NCBI GenBank assembly: GCA_963798785.1
Contig: CAWCUG010000002.1
Coordinates: forward strand, 2,210-66,209
Source: an uncultured Alphaproteobacteria bacterium
Lineage (GTDB): Bacteria > Pseudomonadota > Alphaproteobacteria > Sphingomonadales > Sphingomonadaceae
Length of the DNA stretch: 64,000 nucleotides
Direction: 5' to 3'
Numbering within the stretch: position 1 is the first letter of the stretch; every line of letters starts with the position of its first letter. The position numbers and the translations under genes were made by a program. Positions 20,719-32,907 of this stretch are shown piece by piece. The notes under the pieces are model-generated. The model searched no databases and had not been told where the DNA came from. It saw nothing but the letters and a program-made list of their open reading frames with translations.

Positions 20719-21854
20719 AGCGATTTCTCGTAAACGCGGTAGCGGTGGTTGACGTAGGCGCCGGGTAGCTCGGCTATCGACAGCATCCCCTTATTGTCCT
20801 CCAGGATCCAGCCGAACTCGCCGGTCTCGATGCCGAACTTTCCGACGCAGTCGCGGCGGGTGTATTCGATCAGCATGAAGGCGAGCTGCGAGGCGAGGCG
20901 GCTCGAGTGGAGCTTGCTGGCGACGCCCATCAGCGGCACCCGAGCCCGCGACACGCGGGGCTTTCGAAGCCGCCAGAGAAGCTTCATCCAGCCGAACGGG
21001 AACAGCTCTCCGTCCAGGTCCCTGATGAGCTCGTTGATGTCGGGGAGGGTGATCATGAAGGCGACCGGCTCGCCGTCATATTCGGCAATCCGGACCAGCT
21101 CTTCATAGATGATCGGCTTCAGCTTCTTGCCGGCGTAGGCGATCTCGCTCTGGGTCAGCGGGACATAGCCCCAATTGCCCGACCAGGCGTCGTTGAGGAG
21201 GTTGAGAATGACCGCGGCTTCCTCGGCGAAGCGGCTTTTGTCGACCTGGCGAATGCGGATTTTCGAATTGCGCTCGCCCATGGCGATGAGGCGGTCGATC
21301 TTCGGGTCTTCCCACTGCGCGATGTCGACTTCGTAGGTCAGCAGGTCCTTGGCCTTTTCGTAGCCGGCGGCTTCGATCCAGGTCCGATATTCGGGCTTGT
21401 GGTGGCCCATCATCGCGGTCGGCGGCTGGTCGTGGCCTTCGATCTCCAGCCCCGGCTCGTCCCAGATCGACAGGCTGATCGGGCCGAGCGCGCTGCTCAT
21501 TCCCTGCTCGCGGAGCCACTGCTCGGCGGTGGCGATGAGAGCGGCGGCCGCTTCGCCGTCGAGCGCTTCGAGCATTCCCCACTGGCCGGTGCCATTGCCC
21601 ATATGCTGCTGGACGAGATCGTCGACCTGGGCGCTGATTCGGCCGACCGGCTTGCCGCCGCGCTCCGCAAGCCACAGCTTCGCCTTTGCGTGTTCGAACC
21701 ACGGGTTCTTGCCGGGCGTGATGAGGCCGTGGACCTCGTCCTTTAGCGGCGGGATCCACGCGGGGTCGTCCCGGTAGACGTCCCAGGCGAGGTTGACGAA
21801 GGCCTTGCGGTCGGCCCCGGTCTCGACCGGGCGGATGGTGAGTGGTGCGCTCAT
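20715..21854 (-). CDS. Tandem-GNAT acyltransferase, probable bacterial ceramide synthase (bCerS/YghO-like)
   Basis: YRDDPAWIPPL, KNPWFEH, VGRISA, MMGHHKPEY, GWILEDN motifs of the YghO-like family; located in the spt neighbourhood as in Caulobacter. Confidence 0.75.
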   Translation of the reverse strand: MSAPLTIRPVETGADRKAFVNLAWDVYRDDPAWIPPLKDEVHGLITPGKNPWFEHAKAKLWLAERGGKPVGRISAQVDDLVQQHMGNGTGQWGMLEALDGEAAAALIATAEQWLREQGMSSALGPISLSIWDEPGLEIEGHDQPPTAMMGHHKPEYRTWIEAAGYEKAKDLLTYEVDIAQWEDPKIDRLIAMGERNSKIRIRQVDKSRFAEEAAVILNLLNDAWSGNWGYVPLTQSEIAYAGKKLKPIIYEELVRIAEYDGEPVAFMITLPDINELIRDLDGELFPFGWMKLLWRLRKPRVSRARVPLMGVASKLHSSRLASQLAFMLIEYTRRDCVGKFGIETGEFGWILEDNKGMLSIAELPGAYVNHRYRVYEKSL

Positions 21855-21952
21855 TGCGTGTGGCTAGCGCGGCTCAGGTACGAGCGCCAGCCGAAGCCCA
21901 TTCATTGATGCGCCATGATCGCGCCACTATCTTTCTCCAGAGGCACGCACCC

Positions 21953-23047
21953 ATGAGCAAGACCGCAACCCTGCAGCGAAAATCGGCCGCGCCGACCTCG
22001 GCGCGCGAAGCCGTGCGCTCGGGCGACGACAAGGCGATGCTCAAGGCCGCAGCCGACCTGACCCGCGATCTCAACAAGGCGAGTGCGCGGATTTACTGGG
22101 CGGACCTCGCCGTGTCGGCACTCGCCGGCTACGCCGCGCTTGGCGCCGCGATGTTGCTCGTGTCGACTCCGCTTGCGCTTCTTGCCGGCTTCGTCGCGGT
22201 CCTCGCGCTCTATCGCGCCGGCAGCTTCATTCACGAGCTAACGCATCTGAAGCCGCGGGCGGTTCCCGGATTCCGGCTGGCGTGGAACCTTATCATCGGA
22301 ATTCCACTCCTGGTGCCGTCCTTCATGTACGAGGGAGTCCACAACCAGCATCATGCAAAGCGCTATTACGGGACGGCGAACGACCCCGAATATCTGCCGC
22401 TGGCGCTGATGAAACCGTGGACCTTGCCGGTGTTCGTCGTTGCCGCCCTGCTGGCGCCGGTAGGGCTGCTGATCCGATTCGCGGTGCTGGCGCCGCTGTC
22501 GCTGCTGTGGCCCAGGCTTCGCCGGACGGTGGTTGCGAAATATTCGGGGCTCCAGATCAACCCGGCATTCCGCAGGCCGTCGCCGACAGGCGCGTTCGCT
22601 CGCGACTGGAGGCTGCTGGAGGCGGCGTGCAGCGTCTGGGCGATCGCGCTGATCGTGCTGACCGCGACCGGGATGATCCCGCTTCGCGATTTCCTGGTAT
22701 TTCTTGGGGTCGCGTCGGGCGTGATGTTCCTCAACCAGGTGCGGACGCTGGTCGCGCATCTGTGGGAGAATGACGGCGAGGCGATGAGCGTGACCGCTCA
22801 ATATCTCGACAGCGTCAACGTCCCGCCGCCGGCGACGCTTCCGGTGTTCTGGGCGCCGGTAGGGCTTCGCTATCACGCGCTCCACCATTTGCTTCCGGGG
22901 CTCCCGTACCATGCACTTGGGACTGCGCACCGGCGGCTGTGCTCGGCGCTGGAAGCGGATTCGGTCTATCACGAGGCGAGCCACCGCGGGCTCTCGCGGC
23001 TGGTGGTGCGGCTGGCTTCGAGCAGCTGGCGCGGACGTTCGGCCTAG
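21953..23047 (+). CDS. Membrane di-iron fatty acid desaturase/hydroxylase family protein
   Basis: Three His boxes HELTH, HNQHH, HALHH and TM helices. Confidence 0.88.
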   Translation: MSKTATLQRKSAAPTSAREAVRSGDDKAMLKAAADLTRDLNKASARIYWADLAVSALAGYAALGAAMLLVSTPLALLAGFVAVLALYRAGSFIHELTHLKPRAVPGFRLAWNLIIGIPLLVPSFMYEGVHNQHHAKRYYGTANDPEYLPLALMKPWTLPVFVVAALLAPVGLLIRFAVLAPLSLLWPRLRRTVVAKYSGLQINPAFRRPSPTGAFARDWRLLEAACSVWAIALIVLTATGMIPLRDFLVFLGVASGVMFLNQVRTLVAHLWENDGEAMSVTAQYLDSVNVPPPATLPVFWAPVGLRYHALHHLLPGLPYHALGTAHRRLCSALEADSVYHEASHRGLSRLVVRLASSSWRGRSA

Positions 23048-23053
23048 GCTTTC

Positions 23054-24151
23054 CTATTCTTCGCTTCGGATGAGCACTGTCTCACCGACGAGAAGGAACA
23101 GCAGGAACGGGGCCCAGGCGGCGAGAAGCGGCGGGTAGGCGCCGACATTGCCCATCGCCAGGCTGAAATTGTCCGCGACGAAGTAAGCGAAGCCGAGCGC
23201 CATCCCGATCGTCGCCCGAAGCAGCACCTGGCCGGAGCGGGCGAGGCCGAAGGCGGCTACCGCTGCGAGAAGCGGCATCAGGATGATCGACAAAGGTCCC
23301 GAAATCTTGTGCCAAAGGCCGGCGCGAGCCGCGGCGGTCGTCTTTCCGGCAGCTTCCATCTCGCCGATCTTGCGGACCAGCGGCACGAAGCCGGTTTCGT
23401 CGGGATCGACGCTGGCGAGCGTCAGCTGCTGCGGCGTGATTCCGCCAAGGCCGCGGATTTCGGCCGCCTTGCGGACAAGGTTCATTCTAGAATCGTAGAC
23501 GCGCACGTCCTGGAGACGCCAGTCCGAGCCGTCGGGAATGGCGCGCGCGGCGTCGACGATGCGGGTGAGTGCGCCCTTGTCGCGCTCGTAGATCGTGACT
23601 CCCTCGGCGCGAAAGCTGGCGCCGCTTCCGGTGGCGAGGCGGACTCGGACGAGGTCGCCGCCGCGGCTCAGCCAGACGTTGGAGACGATCCCGCTTTGCG
23701 GGGGAATCGGCTTATAGTCGTTGTCGGTCCACGCGTTCACCACCCGGGCGGAGTGGACGACAACGGTCTCGTTGAACGCGAAGGCGAGAAGCGCGATTCC
23801 GAGGCTGGCGACGATGAGCGGGGCGAGCAGCTGGTGAGCGGAAATCCCGATCGCCTTCATCGCCACCACTTCGCTGTTCTGGTTGAGCGCGACAAAGACG
23901 ATGAGGGTGCCGAGAAGCACCGAGAATGGCAGGAAGCGCGAGGCCAATAGCGGCACTCTCAAGCCGACGTAGCGCCACAGCTCGGCATCGCCATTGCCCG
24001 GAACCGCGAGGATCTTGCCCGATTCGCCGAGCAGGTCGAGCGCCATCAGCACCAGGACAAGGCCGATGAGGACTGCAAGGCTTCGCGTCAGGTAGAGCCG
24101 CACGGTGTAAAGAGCGAGCTGCCTCGACGGGAAGAACTCCAGGTTGATCAT
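23054..24151 (-). CDS. lptG: LptG-family lipid export ABC permease
   Basis: MINLEFFPSRQ start at 24151; NQNSEVVAMKAIGIS; C-terminal LPPLLAAWAP-type helix; ATGA overlap with lptF. Confidence 0.88.
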   Translation of the reverse strand: MINLEFFPSRQLALYTVRLYLTRSLAVLIGLVLVLMALDLLGESGKILAVPGNGDAELWRYVGLRVPLLASRFLPFSVLLGTLIVFVALNQNSEVVAMKAIGISAHQLLAPLIVASLGIALLAFAFNETVVVHSARVVNAWTDNDYKPIPPQSGIVSNVWLSRGGDLVRVRLATGSGASFRAEGVTIYERDKGALTRIVDAARAIPDGSDWRLQDVRVYDSRMNLVRKAAEIRGLGGITPQQLTLASVDPDETGFVPLVRKIGEMEAAGKTTAAARAGLWHKISGPLSIILMPLLAAVAAFGLARSGQVLLRATIGMALGFAYFVADNFSLAMGNVGAYPPLLAAWAPFLLFLLVGETVLIRSEE

Positions 24152-25380
24152 GCCGGCCGCGCTTTCGGGAACAGCGAGCGGACCCAGCGAACCGTCTTTG
24201 CGGCCGCCCATTCGAGCGCGCCGATCGGCTGGCCGCCGGGCTTGTGGGCAATGACGTAATACATCCAGCCGATCAGGGCGGCGAGAAGCGCGAACGGCAC
24301 CCACATTGCGAGGATCGGATTGAGCCGGCCCTGGGCGCCGGCATAGAGGCCGTACTGGTTGACCTTGTGATAGGCGACGACGAGCACGATCCCGACGAAG
24401 ATTCCGAGCGCCGACGTGCTTCGCTTGGGCGGAACCGCAAGCGCCACCGCAAGCATCGGCAGCATCGCCATCATCAGGATTTCGACGACACGGTAGTTGA
24501 AGTTGGACTGGGCGCCGATCTGCTGCGCGTGATTGGTCGCGGCGCCGCCGTAGCCCAGCCGGAACAGTTCGCTGAAATAGAGCTCGTCGAAGTCGGTTCC
24601 ACGCTGGCGGAACTGGTCGATCGCGGGGACGGGGATCGGCAGGTCGTAGCTGTTGAAGGCAAGCGTTCTCGGTGCCGCGAACTTCGGTGACTGCTGGACC
24701 AGGCGGCCGTTATGGAGCCGGAACAGGATCACTCGCGAATTGTCGGTGGAGAGGAACCGGCCCGATTCCGCAGTCGCCGCGACGCTCCCGCCCGACGGGT
24801 CGTCGACCTGGACGAAAATGCCCTGGAGCCGGGTCCCATGTTCTTCGCTGCGGTCGATTCGGATGGTGAGCTTCTTGCCGAGCCGGTTGAACTCCCCGAC
24901 CTTGATCGAAGCGCCGAGCGCTCCCGACCTCAAATCGAAGCGGAGCCCTTCGTAGCGATAGTGGGCGTAGGGCTCGATATAGCCGACGATGAGGACGTTC
25001 AGCAGCATCAGGACGCCCGCGTACAGGTACGGGACCTTCAGCATTCGGCCAAAGCCAATGCCGATTCCGCGAAGCGCGTCGAGCTCCGACGACAGCGCCA
25101 GCTTCCGGAAAGCGAGCAATATCCCCATCAACAGCCCGATCGGGATTCCCAGCGAGAAATATTCCGGCAGGAGATTGGCCAGCATCCGCCAGACGACGCT
25201 GACCGGACCGCCGGTGTTGACGACGAAATCGAACAGCCGAAGCATCTTGTCGAGCACTAGCAACATCGCGGCAAGGATGAGCGTGCCGAGGAGCGGCACG
25301 GCAATGGACCGCGCCAGATAGCGATCGATCAGCGATATCTGGCGCAACTTCGTCGTCCCTACACCATCATTTGGCCGCAA
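24148..25380 (-). CDS. lptF: LptF-family lipid export ABC permease
   Basis: IDRYLARSI, LSSELDALRGIG, periplasmic beta-jellyroll region, six-TM layout. Confidence 0.88.
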   Translation of the reverse strand: MRPNDGVGTTKLRQISLIDRYLARSIAVPLLGTLILAAMLLVLDKMLRLFDFVVNTGGPVSVVWRMLANLLPEYFSLGIPIGLLMGILLAFRKLALSSELDALRGIGIGFGRMLKVPYLYAGVLMLLNVLIVGYIEPYAHYRYEGLRFDLRSGALGASIKVGEFNRLGKKLTIRIDRSEEHGTRLQGIFVQVDDPSGGSVAATAESGRFLSTDNSRVILFRLHNGRLVQQSPKFAAPRTLAFNSYDLPIPVPAIDQFRQRGTDFDELYFSELFRLGYGGAATNHAQQIGAQSNFNYRVVEILMMAMLPMLAVALAVPPKRSTSALGIFVGIVLVVAYHKVNQYGLYAGAQGRLNPILAMWVPFALLAALIGWMYYVIAHKPGGQPIGALEWAAAKTVRWVRSLFPKARPA

Positions 25381-25464
25381 AGCGGGCGGAAACGGGCAAG
25401 CGAGCCAATGGCGGAATCGCCGCCCTGGCGCAAAGCAAACTCATAACGGTCCGGTCGATACAGC

Positions 25465-26514
25465 ATGTCGGAAATGCAAGCGATGGCGAAAGACATGCCT
25501 GCTGCGCCTTCGCAGCGGGCGGCGCCTGACCGCCGGCTGGTCAGGAGCCGGCCCAGGGTTGCGCTTCTTTCCAATCCCAAGTCGACAGGCAATCTGGCGC
25601 AGCTTTCGAGGATTCGCGCTTATTGCGCCGAGCACCCGGACATTTTTCATTACGAAGTCGAGCATGTCGACCAGATCGGCGCTGCGCTCAAGTCCATCGC
25701 GCGGGTCCGGCCCAAGATGCTCGTCGTCAACGGCGGCGACGGCACCGTGCAGGCAACTCTCACCGAAATCCATAACGGCCGGCATTTCGGCGATAGCCCG
25801 CCGCCAATGGCGGTGATCCCGAGCGGCAAGACCAATCTCATTGCGCTGGACCTTGGAGTCCATGGCGATCCCATCGCCGCCCTCGAGCGGCTCGTCGGCC
25901 TCGCCCAGGGCAATCTCGACGAACATCTGGTTGCGCGCGAGCTCATCGCGCTGAGGCGAGGCGGGTCGGAGCGGCCGGTGATCGGCATGTTCCTTGGCGG
26001 CGCCGGCCTTGCCGACACGATGTTGTACTGCCGCAACAAGATCTACCCGCTCGGGCTTCCCAACGCGGTCAGCCACGCATTGACGGCACTCGCGCTGATC
26101 TTCCGGATGCTTTCGGGGATTCGCGCAAGCTTCCTTCCGCCCAAGGCAATGCCGCTCCAGGTGTCGACCGGATCGACACACTCGCTGACCGGGCGTTTCA
26201 CGCTGCTGGTCGTAACGACCCTCGAAAAGCTGCTCCTGTCGAGCGAAATCCAGAGCTCCGGCCGTGGACCGCTGAAGCTGCTCGCGATCGAGGAGAGGCC
26301 GGCGTCGTTGTTCCGGGCGATCGTGGCGAGCTTTGGCGGCAACCTCGGGCGGCAACCGCTTCGCGGAGTGCACCTCGAAGAAACCGACGAAATCCGGATC
26401 GAAGGCGAGCACAGCAACCTCATCCTCGACGGCGAGATGTTCCACGCCGAAATCGGTATGCCGATCCGGCTGAACCCGGCCCAGCCGCTGTCGTTCGTCC
26501 GCTTCGCGGCCTAG
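25465..26514 (+). CDS. Diacylglycerol/sphingosine kinase family protein, probable ceramide kinase (CpgB-like)
   Basis: NPKS, NGGDGTV, PSGKTNLIA, ILDGE motifs; sphingolipid-cluster context. Confidence 0.8.
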   Translation: MSEMQAMAKDMPAAPSQRAAPDRRLVRSRPRVALLSNPKSTGNLAQLSRIRAYCAEHPDIFHYEVEHVDQIGAALKSIARVRPKMLVVNGGDGTVQATLTEIHNGRHFGDSPPPMAVIPSGKTNLIALDLGVHGDPIAALERLVGLAQGNLDEHLVARELIALRRGGSERPVIGMFLGGAGLADTMLYCRNKIYPLGLPNAVSHALTALALIFRMLSGIRASFLPPKAMPLQVSTGSTHSLTGRFTLLVVTTLEKLLLSSEIQSSGRGPLKLLAIEERPASLFRAIVASFGGNLGRQPLRGVHLEETDEIRIEGEHSNLILDGEMFHAEIGMPIRLNPAQPLSFVRFAA

Positions 26515-26523
26515 GCTGCAATC

Positions 26524-27399
26524 ATGGCCGACACGCTTCGCGATCTCGTCGCAGAGGAATTGTGCTTGCCCGTCGACCCGCGGGTCACTGCGATGGCCGA
26601 GGCAATCGCGGCAAGGCACGCGGCGTCGCGAGCGGTGCTTTATTACGGATCGACGCTGAGGGAGCAGCGGGTCGAGGGGCTGATGCTCGATTTCTACCTG
26701 ATCGTCTCCGATTACCGCCAGGCCTATGACAAACGCTGGCTGGCGTTCGCCAACCGGCTGATCCCGCCCAATGTCTTCTATTTCGAGCACGAGGGGCTGG
26801 TCGCGAAATATGCGGTGCTCAGCGAAGCGGATTTCGAGCGCGAGTGCGGCCCTGAAGCGCGAAGCATTTCGGTGGTTGCCCGCTTTGCCCAACCCTCGAG
26901 GCTGGTGTGGAGCGCCGACGAAAATGCACGCGAGTCCGCGATTCGGGCGATCGGCAGGTGCGCGCCGACTCTGTTGGGGTGGACCGTCCCTCTCGCACCG
27001 GCCGGGACGCCAGTGCTCGACCTTTGGAAACGTGCGCTGCAGTTGACGTTCGCGGCCGAGCTTCGCGCCGAGCGCGGCGACAGGTCCGGGGCAATCGTCG
27101 CGGCCGCCGCCGAGCGCTACCGCCGCTTCGGGGAAGCGGCGCTTCCCTGGGCGGGGACGGCAGCGTCGGTACGAATGGGCCGCTGGTGGAAGCGGATGCA
27201 GCGCAAGGGCAAGCTGCTGTCCGTCCTGCGGCTCGCTAAGGCGAGCGCGACCTTTGCCGGGGGAGCCGATTACATCGCGTGGAAGATCAACCGCCACGCC
27301 GGGACCAGCATCGAACTCAAGCCATGGCAGCGGCGCTGGCCGCTGATTGCCGGGATCAGCTTGCTGCCGCGGCTTCTGAAGAGCGGTGCGATTCGCTAG
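26524..27399 (+). CDS. Tam41-like nucleotidyltransferase (putative CDP-lipid synthase, CpgC-like)
   Basis: YYGS...MLDFYLIV (nucleotidyltransferase GS/DxD-like), PPNVFY, AKYAV, ARFAQP resemble the Tam41 YGS/MIDF/KYG/GRLQKP pattern; follows the kinase by 9 bp. Confidence 0.6.
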   Translation: MADTLRDLVAEELCLPVDPRVTAMAEAIAARHAASRAVLYYGSTLREQRVEGLMLDFYLIVSDYRQAYDKRWLAFANRLIPPNVFYFEHEGLVAKYAVLSEADFERECGPEARSISVVARFAQPSRLVWSADENARESAIRAIGRCAPTLLGWTVPLAPAGTPVLDLWKRALQLTFAAELRAERGDRSGAIVAAAAERYRRFGEAALPWAGTAASVRMGRWWKRMQRKGKLLSVLRLAKASATFAGGADYIAWKINRHAGTSIELKPWQRRWPLIAGISLLPRLLKSGAIR

Positions 27400-29350
27400 G
27401 CGACAGCGCCGTCGCAACCGCTGACGCAAGCGCCCCGACGGTGAACGGCTTGCGAAGCAGTTCATGGCCGACGAGGCTGTCGCCTTCGCTTTCGCCCACA
27501 TAGCCGGTGACGAACAGCACCGCGAAGTCGGTTCGCTTCTGCTTGAGGATCTTGATCAGTTCGGGGCCGGTCATTTCGGGCATGATCACGTCGCTGATGA
27601 CGAGGTCGAAGGTCTGCTTGTCGAACAGCTCGATCGCCTGTTCGCCGCTTTCGCACGAGGCGGGATCGTAATCGAGGTCCTGCAGGGCCTCGACCGTCGA
27701 GGTTCGGACGCGCGGATCGTCCTCGACGACGAGGATTCGGGCTCCGGGGACTCGTTCGTCCTCGCTCATCCGGTTGGCCGAGTGGAGCCGCACCGGCGCT
27801 TCGGCGCCGCTTCGCGGCAGGTAGATGGAAACCGTGGTGCCCTTGCCGACCACGCTTTCGATTCCCGCTTCGCCTCCGGACTGGTGCGCGAAACCGAAGA
27901 TCTGGCTGAGGCCGAGCCCGGTTCCCTTGCCCACCGGCTTGGTGGTGAAGAAGGGCTCGAACGCACGGTCCATGACATCGGCAGGCATTCCGCAGCCGGT
28001 GTCGGTGACGGAGATTCGAACATATTCACCGGCACGAATATCGCCGACTTCGTTTGCCGAGAGCTTAACGTTGGCGGTGCTTATCTTGAGCCGTCCGGCG
28101 CCGTCCATCGCATCGCGGGCGTTCACCGCAAGATTGACGATCGCGTTCTCCAGCTGGTGCGAATCGACATAGACCGGCCAGGTGTCGGCGGCGAGATCGA
28201 TCTTGATCCGGATTCGTTCGCCAAGGGTGCGATCGAGAAGGTCGGACATGCCGCCGACCAGCTCCTTGGGCTCGACCCGTTCGGGAAGGAGCGGCTCGGA
28301 GCGGGCGAAGGACAACAGCCTGCGGGTCAGCGCCGCAGCTCGAGTGGCGCCTTCCATGGCGTTGTTGAGATGGGCAAAAACTTCGCGGCGAGGGCCGTTG
28401 AGCCGCCTCCGTGCAAGGTCGATGCCGCCGACCACGACGGCCAGCATGTTGTTGAAGTCGTGGGCGATTCCGCCGGTCAGCTGGCCGACGGCTTCCATCT
28501 TCTGGACCTGTCGCAATTGCGCTTCGGCGGCCTCGCGCTCAGCTGCTTCCGCCTTGAGCGCCTGGTTGGCCTCGAGAAGCTCTCGGGTGCGGTCGCGGAC
28601 GGCGGCTTCCAGCGATTCGGCGCGCTCGGCTTCGTTTTCCGCTTCGCGGCGGGCGAAGGCGAAATGGCGGAGCGCCTGGACCGCGACTACTCCCAGGAAA
28701 ATGGCGGCGAGGCCGACGATGACCCCGAGCCAGCTTAGATAGTCGGTGAAGCGGTCGGCGCGCGCCGAGAAAACCTTGGTCTGCTGCATTCGCTGCTGGA
28801 GAAGCGAGCGCTCGTTGTCAGCGATTTCCCGGAGCTTCAGGCGAAGCGCCGGCTCCAGCGGTGGGTCCGCATCAGGACCCACGGTCGAGTAATAATAGCT
28901 GATCCCGTAATCGCCCTTTTTCGCGGTGATCGCCCGCGCGACATTGTCGAACTTGGCGCCAAGCTCATTGTACAGGCGCTCGAGCTCGGCGACCCTCTGC
29001 TTCTGTTCGGGGCTGGTGCTGCCAAGGCGCTTGAGCTGTTCGATCTCACGGCCTGCGAGCCGCCAATAGCTGAGATAGATGTTGCCGCTGGTGTTGACCC
29101 GCTCGTCGAGCGCGAAGCGGCCGAGAGCCGCTTCCGACCGCGAAATGTTGGCGTCAATCGAGCGACTGAGCAGGGTGACCTCGTAGGCGTGCCGCTCAAG
29201 CTCCAGCGCCTTGTCGCGATCGCCGTTGGATATTGCGACGAGGACGACGAGGCCGAGCAGGAGGAGAACGGCGACCAATGCGCCCGCCGCCGCGCCGCCG
29301 CGCCTCCAGTCGAAGCGGATCGGGTTTCCGGTATCGCCGCTTGCCGTCAT
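27356..29350 (-). CDS. Membrane hybrid histidine kinase (CHASE3-like periplasmic sensor, HisKA, HATPase, REC)
   Basis: Two TM helices flanking a helical sensor, [33 protein letters not shown], receiver VEDD/ISDVIMP/RKPF. Confidence 0.92.
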   Translation of the reverse strand: MTASGDTGNPIRFDWRRGGAAAGALVAVLLLLGLVVLVAISNGDRDKALELERHAYEVTLLSRSIDANISRSEAALGRFALDERVNTSGNIYLSYWRLAGREIEQLKRLGSTSPEQKQRVAELERLYNELGAKFDNVARAITAKKGDYGISYYYSTVGPDADPPLEPALRLKLREIADNERSLLQQRMQQTKVFSARADRFTDYLSWLGVIVGLAAIFLGVVAVQALRHFAFARREAENEAERAESLEAAVRDRTRELLEANQALKAEAAEREAAEAQLRQVQKMEAVGQLTGGIAHDFNNMLAVVVGGIDLARRRLNGPRREVFAHLNNAMEGATRAAALTRRLLSFARSEPLLPERVEPKELVGGMSDLLDRTLGERIRIKIDLAADTWPVYVDSHQLENAIVNLAVNARDAMDGAGRLKISTANVKLSANEVGDIRAGEYVRISVTDTGCGMPADVMDRAFEPFFTTKPVGKGTGLGLSQIFGFAHQSGGEAGIESVVGKGTTVSIYLPRSGAEAPVRLHSANRMSEDERVPGARILVVEDDPRVRTSTVEALQDLDYDPASCESGEQAIELFDKQTFDLVISDVIMPEMTGPELIKILKQKRTDFAVLFVTGYVGESEGDSLVGHELLRKPFTVGALASAVATALSPSESHRSSEAAAAS

Positions 29351-29397
29351 GGCTCCAGTCTAGACATGTCTTCCACCCGACGAAAGTCAGCTGCCAC

Positions 29398-30597
29398 TTA
29401 GATGCAGCCGGTCGCCCGTCCTGCCGACCGGAACATCGCAAGAATCTCGTCCACCTGCCCAGCGGAATGCTCGGCGCAAAGGGAACAGCGCAGCAGGGTC
29501 TTGCCCGCCGGGGTTGCCGGCGGCCGTGCCAGATTGACGTAGAGGCCTTCGTTCAGAAGCGCCTCCCACATCGCCGCCCCGGTCTCGAGGTCCGGCATGA
29601 TGACCGCGATGATCGCCGACTGCGGCTCCTCGGTCCCGAGAGTGAAGCCGAGTGCCTTTAAACCCCCGTGGAGCCGCTTGGAATTTTCCCACAGGTGGGC
29701 GCGCTTGTCGGCTCCTTGCATCAACTTGTTGATCGAGGTGGCAGCGGTCGCGACGACGGAGGGCGGAAGCGAGGCCGTAAAGACATAGGGCCGGCAGACC
29801 AGCCGGAGGATCTCGAATTTCGGATGGTTGGAGACGCAAAAGCCGCCGACCGTCCCCACCGACTTGGAAAAGGTGCCGATGATGAAGTCGACGTCGTCGA
29901 TGACGCCCTGCGCCTCGGCGACGCCGCGGCCGTTTTCGCCGATGAAGCCCATCGAATGCGCTTCGTCGACCAGCACCATTGCGCCGTTCGCCTTGCAAAT
30001 CGCGACCATCTCCTTGAGCGGAGCGACGTCGCCGAGCATCGAATAGACACCTTCGAGGACGACCAGCTTGCCGGCGTCTTCGGGGATGCGTTTCAGCCGC
30101 TTTTCAAGCGCCTCGACATCATTGTGGCGGAAGGCGACGATCTGCGCATTGCCCAGCGCGCATCCGTCATAGATGGAGGCGTGGCTGTCGACGTCGATGA
30201 CGACATAATCGTCCTTGCCGGCAAGCGTCGAAATGACGCCGAGATTGGCCTGATAACCGGTCGAGAAGACCATCGCGTGGTCCATCGCGTAAAAGTCCCT
30301 GAGCGCCTGCTCGACCGCGCGATGGCCGACATAGGTGCCGTTGAGGACCCGGCTTCCCGTCGTTCCCGACCCGAACTCTTCGAGCGCCTTCTTCCCGGCG
30401 GCGATGACGTCGGGGTCGAACGTCATTCCCATGTAATTGTAGGTGCCGAGCAGGATCGTCCGCTTGCCGTTGCAGATGGCGACGGTCGGGCTTTCCACTT
30501 TCTCCATCACCAGGTTGAACGGGTCGGTCATCCCCTTTTCCAGGAGCGTCTCGCGCTGCTGGATGACGGGATCGAACTTGGAAAAGAGGTCGCTCAC
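29398..30597 (-). CDS. spt: Serine palmitoyltransferase (alpha-oxoamine synthase)
   Basis: GTYNYMG, GSGTTGSRVLNGT, DVDSHASIYDG, DEAHS, GTFSKS, RPPATP; GTG start overlapping the ACP stop codon. Confidence 0.9.
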   Translation of the reverse strand: MSDLFSKFDPVIQQRETLLEKGMTDPFNLVMEKVESPTVAICNGKRTILLGTYNYMGMTFDPDVIAAGKKALEEFGSGTTGSRVLNGTYVGHRAVEQALRDFYAMDHAMVFSTGYQANLGVISTLAGKDDYVVIDVDSHASIYDGCALGNAQIVAFRHNDVEALEKRLKRIPEDAGKLVVLEGVYSMLGDVAPLKEMVAICKANGAMVLVDEAHSMGFIGENGRGVAEAQGVIDDVDFIIGTFSKSVGTVGGFCVSNHPKFEILRLVCRPYVFTASLPPSVVATAATSINKLMQGADKRAHLWENSKRLHGGLKALGFTLGTEEPQSAIIAVIMPDLETGAAMWEALLNEGLYVNLARPPATPAGKTLLRCSLCAEHSAGQVDEILAMFRSAGRATGCI

Positions 30598-30842
30598 TTC
30601 TTCGCGCAAAGCTCGCGAACGGACTCGCTTAGCTGGCCGACAGTCTCGATCTCCGCCTGCATGTTCATGGTGATCATGATGTCGAACTCGTCCTCGATGC
30701 TGGCAACGAAGTCGAGGACGGTGAGGCTGTCCCATTCCAGGTCCTGCTGGAACCTCGTCTCGGGAGTGACTGGAATGCCCTTCGTATTGAAGGTGTCCAC
30801 CTGCTCCTTGACGCGCGTGTAGATGTCGTCGGTATCGGTCAT
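30594..30842 (-). CDS. Acyl carrier protein (sphingolipid-associated)
   Basis: 82 aa acidic protein with DLEWDSL phosphopantetheine motif, coupled to spt. Confidence 0.92.
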   Translation of the reverse strand: MTDTDDIYTRVKEQVDTFNTKGIPVTPETRFQQDLEWDSLTVLDFVASIEDEFDIMITMNMQAEIETVGQLSESVRELCAKK

Positions 30843-30914
30843 GTCTCGGCCCCTATTCGCGAGGGCACCCTTTCGCAATCTATTAGGGCGCGAATGCGGC
30901 GGCTTGTGGTCCGC

Positions 30915-32869
<1,955 letters not shown>

Positions 32870-32907
32870 TTACCGGCCCGAGCGCGTCGCCGCCAGCCGT
32901 CGCTTGC

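Noticed and set aside
29398-30597. bioF (8-amino-7-oxononanoate synthase)
   Set aside because: SPT-type motifs and coupling to a DSL-motif ACP and CerR-like gene; no bio genes nearby.
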